Made by a program: the position numbers and the translations under genes. 51,412 nucleotides of DNA from Nitrososphaeraceae archaeon (GTDB lineage Archaea > Thermoproteota > Nitrososphaeria > Nitrososphaerales > Nitrososphaeraceae), in the NCBI GenBank assembly GCA_035297365.1, contig DATGZA010000031.1:1-51412 (forward strand), written 5' to 3'. This document shows, one piece after another, positions 44,518-51,412 of the stretch. The notes under the pieces are model-generated. The model saw nothing but the letters and a program-made list of their open reading frames with translations, was not told where the DNA came from and searched no databases. Numbering within the stretch: the first letter of the stretch is position 1; every line of letters starts with the position of its first letter.

Positions 44518-44937
44518 TGTAACTATGTTTTAAGACACATATAGTAATTATTTCATGTTTTATAAGTAAAATCATTTAACTAATAAAATCAAAGATAGAT
44601 ATAAAAAAAATTGTAGAGTAAAGAGAGATCTCCTACTACCAGAATTCATATGAGTATTCTGCCTTTTTATCCTAACTAATATCGAGAGGGTGAAAAAATA
44701 ACGAGTTAATTTTCTAGTAAAGGAATTTATAAAGATTGAACTTTTACAGTTCAGAAATAAAAGACATAGATTCTAAATCTTACATCGATATCATGGAACT
44801 GGAAATTATGCTAAATTTGATAGTATGAAATATAAAAAATAAGACAGTTTTATATAACAAATATTGTCATTTAGATGTATTGCATATAATACCCATTATT
44901 GACTTCTAAACTTATTATTATTAGATGCTTCTAGAAT

Positions 44938-45439
44938 GCCCATTTCATACATAAAAATATAATTAAACCTGCAGTGACGTTAGCATTTCTAATAACTGGA
45001 CATATAAAAAAATATCAAATGGTATATTATTTTGTTGCAGAAATTATTGGGGGCACTTTTAGCTAGTCTATTTGTAAAGTATTTTATTGGATATGAAGGC
45101 AATTTAGGTGCCAATGTTCCAAATCATAGTTATCTGCTTCCATTGATATGTGGAATAGAAGTTTTGGCTTCTGCATTTTTAATGGTTGCTATTTGTATCG
45201 TAGTATATGTGAGAGGCTTGAGAGGTTTTGGTGGAATGATGATTGGTAGTATTGTTGGTTTAGATATTTTTTTCCTGTCATTTATTTCTGGTGCTTCTAT
45301 GAACCCTGCTAGGTCGTTAGCACCTGCTTTATTATCTGGAATTACAAATGATTTATGGATTTATTGGTCTGCCACTTTCATAGGAACTTCATTTATAGCC
45401 TTGCTATTTAGGGGCAAGTTTATTAAGAATATTAAATAG
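44938..45439 (+). pseudogene. Truncated, frameshifted MIP/aquaporin
   Basis: Second motif SGASMNPARSLAP intact; first motif degraded (AHF..KPAVT); frameshift in the G5 run at 45049-45053; N-terminus missing. Confidence 0.8.
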
Positions 45440-45576
45440 TAAAATAAAATTATTTATAATTATACCCAATTAATACAATATCCTATATAATAAGCTAAGA
45501 GACACATATCACCTTTTTCACATAAAAAACAAAGAATTGAAAATCATGATTATCAAATAAATAGTTAACTTATATA

Positions 45577-45920
45577 CTACTTTATAACTAATACCGGACA
45601 ATTGGCATATGTTACCAGTCCACTAGCAACTCTACCAAGAAGCAATTTCTTGAAACCAGGAAATGCTCTTGTTCCTACCATGATTAAATCAATATCGTTT
45701 TTTCGTTTTTTTCAGAGTAATCTGCTAACTCGATTGATGGATTAGTTGTAAGAGGAGTCATAATTATATCGGTGTTGGAAATTAGATTTAATTCAATGAC
45801 TTGGTTGATGCCACAGTATAACAATTCTTTTTATCCTAAACATGCATGCAAGATTTGATATGAAATTATAACAAACACATGGTACTGCTGATGATCCATA
45901 TCACATGTCTAAAATTATAG
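45577..45920 (-). pseudogene. Universal stress protein remnant
   Basis: DIDLIMVGTR..PGFKKLLLGRVASGLVTYANCPVLVIK*; upstream part broken, 5' limit approximate. Confidence 0.75.
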
Positions 45921-46029
45921 GATTTTAACACAAGTAAATAATTGAAAAGCAGGCGTAACACATTTGTTGAAAGGAATAAATAATTATTAGTTCAAATATT
46001 CTTATATAATTGCTATTGTAATTTGAAGT

Positions 46030-46197
46030 ATGGTAAAACGATTAATAGTAGATCATCTTTGGTTCAAAGAGGAAACTGATAAAGGGGGATCAGATGATAT
46101 CCATATTTTCGCTTTTCAAGGTAACACAATTACTACATTTAATAGTAACATCGGCGTTCATGTTCCAGGTAATTTTTGGGACGGACTTTTATTGTAA
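46030..46197 (+). CDS. 55-aa hypothetical ORF, possibly a frameshifted remnant
   Basis: MVKRLIVDHLWFKEETDKGGSDD...; TTATATA 28 nt upstream. Confidence 0.35.
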   Translation: MVKRLIVDHLWFKEETDKGGSDDIHIFAFQGNTITTFNSNIGVHVPGNFWDGLLL

Positions 46198-46352
46198 TGA
46201 TGAGTGGTCACAAGATATTCCAATCGAAGTTCATTCCATCTTCAGTCTATGTTATCCGATACAACAGTAAAAATGTGATGAACAGTAAGAACATAAATAT
46301 TTTAAACTACATATGGTTCTAGACCTTGGCAGAATTTAATGGAGATACATAG

Positions 46353-47900
46353 GTGGATATATTACTAAAAAGCAAGGGTTATCAAAATAAAAAACTACCC
46401 TTACTTTTACTCCCTTTAATTTTAAGTGCAGTTATCAATACCTGGAATATAACAGGTTTTCCTAATTTACACGTTGATGAGGGATATTATATGTGGAAAA
46501 CAATGTCAATACTTCAGGGTGAAGGTGTCCTAACATCAGATAGCTATTTGGATAGATATTTTGCTCCTTACTTTGGGCCGATATTTTTAGCAGGTCTTCT
46601 TGCAATGATAGGATATCCAGATATAGCTAACCCAACTTTTGATACTGCTTCCATTGAATCACTTTATTTAATCCCACGATTAATTATGAGTATTTTTGCA
46701 ATATTAGATACTTTTCTTATCTTTAAAATAGCTGAGAAAAGATATGATATAAAAATAGCATTTATAGCAGCGATTTTTTTTGCTGTAATGCCATACGGAT
46801 GGTTACTTAAGAGAATATTTCTGGAAACAATTCAGTTGCCTCTGCTCTTGACATCAATATTGCTAATACTCTATCTGAAAAAGATCCCAGATGAAACAAA
46901 AGATACCAAAACCGAAATAAAAAATACTGTTTTGATTATATTTTCAGGTTCTCTTTTAGGCTTGGCTATATTTACAAAAATTCCTATTTTTACAATGATT
47001 CCATTAATAGGATATCTTATTTATACGAATTCTAATAAAAATAATAAATTTAAGAGTCTTGGAGTGTGGTTTATTCCAGTCATTCTAATTCCCATGTTAT
47101 GGCCTGCTTTTGCTTTTTCTATAGGCGAATTTGACATGTGGATTGAAGATGTCTTAAAGCAAACTCAACGAGAGAGTAAACCACTTGTTAATACGCTTAC
47201 AACATACATGGAAAATGATCCGGCAATGTTTTTGTTGGGATTTGCAGGAATAGTCAATGCTGCCATTAGACGAGATTATTTTATATTGTTGTTTAGTCTT
47301 CCTTTCATCTTATTTTTATACTGGATTGGTTATGTATCAAGTTTTCATATAATACCTCTTTTTCCGGTATTTGCAATTGGTAGTGCCAAAATGATAATTG
47401 ATTTATCAAATTTAGTACCAAATCTAAAATTTTGTAAAACTATCCCATATGTTGTTTTATCTGCTCTAGCTGTATTTTGCCTCATCTCTACATTTCTCTT
47501 GATCTCGATCAATACAAACTCTGTGGTATTTCAAACACATTTAGCAGTAATCCAAGAGTTACAAAAGACTAATGGAACTATATCTCTTGTTGGAAATGCA
47601 CTTTATTTATGGATACCACACTATATTTTTGATCTACCTTATAAAACTGCAAGTTTCGATTCGACTAATCCTCTAGATACTGAACGGTTCATCCTAATAG
47701 CTGATCCCAGATATAAAGAGATCATAAAGGAAAAGAGTCCTCGAGGAATTTTTCATAAAGACCTGTTTCTACAATCTCAAATAATTGAAACAATCAAACC
47801 GGATCATCCTATTAAAAAATACAAGCTCAATATTTATCCATATACAAATTTGAGACAATCATCTATAGTAAGAGAAGTAGAAGTACGATCTAACTACTAA
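46353..47900 (+). CDS. GT-C fold membrane glycosyltransferase (ArnT/PMT-like)
   Basis: DEG.Y after TM1, PY.GP, R.FLE, G.LLGLA.FTK, multiple TM helices. Confidence 0.88.
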   Translation: MDILLKSKGYQNKKLPLLLLPLILSAVINTWNITGFPNLHVDEGYYMWKTMSILQGEGVLTSDSYLDRYFAPYFGPIFLAGLLAMIGYPDIANPTFDTASIESLYLIPRLIMSIFAILDTFLIFKIAEKRYDIKIAFIAAIFFAVMPYGWLLKRIFLETIQLPLLLTSILLILYLKKIPDETKDTKTEIKNTVLIIFSGSLLGLAIFTKIPIFTMIPLIGYLIYTNSNKNNKFKSLGVWFIPVILIPMLWPAFAFSIGEFDMWIEDVLKQTQRESKPLVNTLTTYMENDPAMFLLGFAGIVNAAIRRDYFILLFSLPFILFLYWIGYVSSFHIIPLFPVFAIGSAKMIIDLSNLVPNLKFCKTIPYVVLSALAVFCLISTFLLISINTNSVVFQTHLAVIQELQKTNGTISLVGNALYLWIPHYIFDLPYKTASFDSTNPLDTERFILIADPRYKEIIKEKSPRGIFHKDLFLQSQIIETIKPDHPIKKYKLNIYPYTNLRQSSIVREVEVRSNY

Positions 47901-48032
47901 CTATTACAAGTGTTTAAATCAATTTTTTTTGTTATCCTGTTATATTTTTATGTATAAAATGAAATTATAACAGGAGCAATGTTTCTAGACTATGATAGAT
48001 CAATTAATTTCATAGACAAAGAAAGAAAATTA

Positions 48033-48443
48033 TTATTCTAGGAATGGTATTTTATCTTGGTGGTTCCAATTGAAATTTAGACATATATTTACTAGGCTCT
48101 TAAAGACATTTATTTTATGTCTAAAACCATTACACTTTTGTGTATTTGCTGCTTCTGCTGTCGAGGTTTGATGTACGGGGGGGCTGTCTAATTTTTAATC
48201 CATTTACATTTATGCTACTATTTATAGTGATTTACTGGTTATTTACATCAGAACTTTTATCAGAACTTTTTTTCTGATGATTATTATAACTATATCTATT
48301 GTCATCTTTGTAATAATTATCATAAACGTATTGATTGTCCTCATTTATGCTTCTGGATTTCTTATCATTTATGGACTTAAAGACAATAGACTTGTAGCTA
48401 ATATCACAGTGATAGAAACCAGAATTATTTTGTTATTGGTCAG
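48033..48443 (-). pseudogene. Decayed secreted protein paralog (signal peptide, Y/D-rich linker, LVNIC motif)
   Basis: (CTG)TNNKIILVSITVILATSLLSLSP*MIRNPEA*, DNYYKDDNRYSY, INVNG, AANTQ...KSLVNICLN; resembles 49964-50062 and 43500-43600. Confidence 0.7.
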
Positions 48444-48464
48444 TACGTTGTTATTTACAATTTT

Positions 48465-48572
48465 AATATATCTAACATTGGGAGGAACATTATCTAATGT
48501 TATAATACGTAATCATTATGAATTATTGACAATAAGAAGAATAGAAAATGATGTTAAGGTATATAGTGAAAT
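48465..48572. repeat. Left arm of a perfect 108-bp inverted repeat (duplicated promoter region)
   Basis: Exact reverse complement of 49835-49942. Confidence 0.95.
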
Positions 48573-48636
48573 CCCAGAGGTCCAGTAACCGTTACGGGTT
48601 GCATGGAGAAAGAATATTGCTAGAGTAATAGATTAA

Positions 48637-48834
48637 TTAATTAAAATAATCTTTGACTATATGACCGCAATCACGACACTCTAGCCAATCAAAAGAGTCG
48701 TGTGGTAGGTCATCATCAATTAATTCCTCTTTCTTGTAAAGACGTGGACCCAATTGAACAGAAATTCCTTCTTCCAGGCAACGAGGACACCAACTCGTAT
48801 TAGAGATGTCTTCTTTATTAGATTTATCCAACAT
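48637..48834 (-). CDS. Small zinc-ribbon protein
   Basis: WCPRC...WLECRDCG. Confidence 0.65.
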   Translation of the reverse strand: MLDKSNKEDISNTSWCPRCLEEGISVQLGPRLYKKEELIDDDLPHDSFDWLECRDCGHIVKDYFN

Positions 48835-49350
48835 TGGCGAGGCATATTACTAGCCTAATAAAATTATATATGTATAATGATATAATCTTCAATTTCATTA
48901 TACTATAACAACATTAGATAGATAGATACTCAAGACTCTTACTCTTACGCCACAGCAATAATAAGGAACAGAATATATGTATAGATTACATTAGACACGT
49001 ATAAACATTTTCAATCAGCTAATCAAATAAATAAATAAAGTATGATGACAATCAAATTTTCTAATCTCCTACTTTCAATGAAAACCTTTCTATCGCATCA
49101 TCATACAACCCGTTGTTACAATCATAGATATCTTTAGAAGTTTTTGCAATGACACAAATATCATATTAAGAATATGAAAAATCATTAACATGAAATTCTA
49201 GTTTCTGTTTCTTTCCATCAAGAACATTTATTTCTTGATTTTAATAGTTATTTGCTGATCTTAATGATATAATTATAACATCTTTCGTCTTTTACAGAAA
49301 GATTATTTAATGTATAATGTCTATATCTGATTTAACAGATAACTCCTATG

Positions 49351-49443
49351 GATAACTCCTGTGGGTTGCTGTGTCGTATCGTGTCTGTCGTAGTCTGCGG
49401 GGATTACGATTCTTTGCTTGGCTGGTTGTCGGGCCGGCCAAGC
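49351..49443 (+). ncRNA. Candidate multi-hairpin structured RNA or ssDNA element
   Basis: GC-rich; stems 49353-58/49363-68, 49387-96/49401-10 and 49416-27/49432-43, all using G-U pairs on the + strand. Confidence 0.4.
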
Positions 49444-49834
49444 CTTCTACTATTATTATCATATTTGTAATTCAGTCTCCATTTCTATACCTTCTAATTT
49501 ATCCAACATTTTTTCTATTATGTCTAAAAGGATTCTCAAAATATTCCACGTTTTTAACTCGTTCATAAACGTCTGGTTTTAATGCAACATTATTGAAAAT
49601 ATATTTTTGTTTCAATATTTGAAGGTTAAAACTATAAGGTTATGTATAAGAATTGTAAGAATAAAATACCAATAAACATATTATATCACAAAGTAGATAC
49701 ATTTTGAATTATAATATAAAAATAGATAAATGAATGCGTGTCTATATTTATCATTTAATAGTTATTTGTTCCTTAGATTAAACAGAAATTTCCATACCGT
49801 CCCACCGAACCTGTATTCATTGCTGTAATCCTGA

Positions 49835-49942
49835 ATTTCACTATATACCTTAACATCATTTTCTATTCTTCTTATTGTCAATAATTCATAATGATTACGT
49901 ATTATAACATTAGATAATGTTCCTCCCAATGTTAGATATATT
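49835..49942. repeat. Right arm of the 108-bp inverted repeat
   Basis: Exact reverse complement of 48465-48572; contains the palindrome aacatta-ga-taatgtt at 49906-49921. Confidence 0.95.
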
Positions 49943-49963
49943 CCATTTATATTTAACAATGTA

Positions 49964-50062
49964 ATGAGCAATCAAAAGATAGTTTTTGCTTCTATACTGG
50001 GAGCAATACTAGCAACAGGTCTGCTGGCTCTGAACCCATCAATGACGATAGGAAACGCATAA
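49964..50062 (+). pseudogene. Signal-peptide-only remnant of a secreted protein
   Basis: MSNQKIVFASILGAILATGLLALNPSMTIGNA* stops at the expected cleavage region. Confidence 0.7.
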
Positions 50063-50516
50063 TTTGAATATTCCAGAAATAATAGTTAAGATTTCATTTT
50101 TTATTCATTCGTCAATCATTTGATCGATTTCTTGCTTTTCAGCTGATTGAACGATATTCAGTTCTATATCTTCACACTCTGCTGCGAATGAAGCGAATGT
50201 TATAAAGCAAAAAGAGATCCTAGAGATATTCCCATAGCTGCAATATTATATCCTAAAGTTACAGATGAGGAATAAAAAAAGCCCAAACAAAGATAACTAT
50301 TAAGTGGGAGTATCGATCAGATAGGTAATGATTTGCAGGAAATTAAAGAAATAAGAATACATTATGCAATACTCAATTTTAATCGATCATCAATAAGCAG
50401 TAATATTGACCATATAATTGATGCATTATAACAGCTTTCTGGCTTCTTAACATAAGTGGATGTCAATATTTTATAGCAACGAACACATGGATAATCAAGT
50501 GAAAATTATGTAATAA

Positions 50517-51412
50517 TCATCTATATTCATCGCCGCAATCTCCGATTGTCTCAAACAAGTCATTTGACTTTGTACATACAGCATCAATATCATCACTATC
50601 TGACTTATCCAAATTAAAGTTGAATACCTGAGTGTTATTGATTCTGTGATCAGATATTCCAAGTCTAACACCGATAATAACGCCTGCTACTGCTGACTTG
50701 TCAAGAATATATCGTGTTGCTACATTTGCAATGCTTACATTGTACTTTTGTGCAATTCTCTTTAGAGTTAATAAAAGCTCTTGAAACAAATTCCATCCGC
50801 CCCATGCATCTATCACCTTCTTGTATTTTCGTAGGCTTAATGTATCTAACTCAGCAGTAGATGGTTCTCTTCTTTCTAAATAGCGCTCCGATACGAGTCC
50901 TCCACAAATGCTTCCATACGCAAGAAGACTGATATTATGCTCTAAGCAAAATGGTATCATCTTTACTTCTGGCCTACGATCTATAATTGAATATTGAACT
51001 TGATTTGATACAACTTGTATATCTGAATCTATCATGATCTGCATACGTTCAGTATCAAAATTTGTAAGACCTATATGTTTGATTATTCCTTCATCGCGGA
51101 GGTCAGATAGGAATTTGAGAGCATCCATGTAATAAGGATTGTTATAATCCCACCAGTGGAATTGAAGTAAATCAAGAGAGCTAACACACATTCTGCGAAG
51201 CGATCTTTCTATATTTTCCTTAACTATAGAACGTGTAATTCTTCCTGGTTGTGGGACCCATTTTGTTAATGCCTGAATTCTTTCGAGTTCTTCTTTTGCT
51301 TTTAGTGTCAATACCCTACCCCTGAACTGCCCAATAAAATCTTCTGCGGGGCCATAAATATCTGCTAGGTCCCACGTCGTAAAGCCAATCTCATGATATC
51401 TTAACATATCTG
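50517..51412 (-). CDS. Aldo/keto reductase, 5'-truncated by the window edge
   Basis: G.TTWD.ADIYG.AE, TKW, DLLQFHWW, IGLTNFD, SNQVQYS..DRRP. Confidence 0.93.
   Translation of the reverse strand, partial: DMLRYHEIGFTTWDLADIYGPAEDFIGQFRGRVLTLKAKEELERIQALTKWVPQPGRITRSIVKENIERSLRRMCVSSLDLLQFHWWDYNNPYYMDALKFLSDLRDEGIIKHIGLTNFDTERMQIMIDSDIQVVSNQVQYSIIDRRPEVKMIPFCLEHNISLLAYGSICGGLVSERYLERREPSTAELDTLSLRKYKKVIDAWGGWNLFQELLLTLKRIAQKYNVSIANVATRYILDKSAVAGVIIGVRLGISDHRINNTQVFNFNLDKSDSDDIDAVCTKSNDLFETIGDCGDEYR

Noticed and set aside
48277-48588. Hydrophobic ORF sharing sequence with ORF 49762-49971
   Set aside because: The shared peptide is just the translated 108-bp inverted repeat; the rest is antisense to a pseudogene

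Overview
AT-rich (roughly 25-30% GC by eye), gene-sparse archaeal DNA. The gene families, TATA boxes about 25-30 nt before start codons and long decayed intergenic tracts point to a soil ammonia-oxidising archaeon (Nitrososphaeraceae, Nitrosocosmicus-like); this taxonomy is inferred. There are no core housekeeping genes, rRNA or tRNA. The window holds a bacterial-type NHEJ pair (Ku plus a fused PE-LIG-POL LigD) and many stress/dormancy-type genes: three DUF2171/PRC-like proteins, DUF2795, a Cse60-like protein, USP, DUF6766, DUF1059, DUF72, DoxX, CHRD, a CBS protein with a B-box-like finger, a Rieske-flavodoxin fusion, and a class III PhaC with a PhaE-like N-terminus. It also has a split histidine kinase, a receiver protein, CorA, an SDR, a nitroreductase, an AKR and a GT-C transferase. 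Reading outside the ORF track gave several microproteins with good promoters, a shared TGTTGYA-like promoter element, two GC-rich structured-RNA candidates (one pseudoknotted), two perfect long inverted repeats, a CRISPR-like repeat-spacer-repeat unit and many pseudogenes. Family calls come from motif recognition, not database searches.
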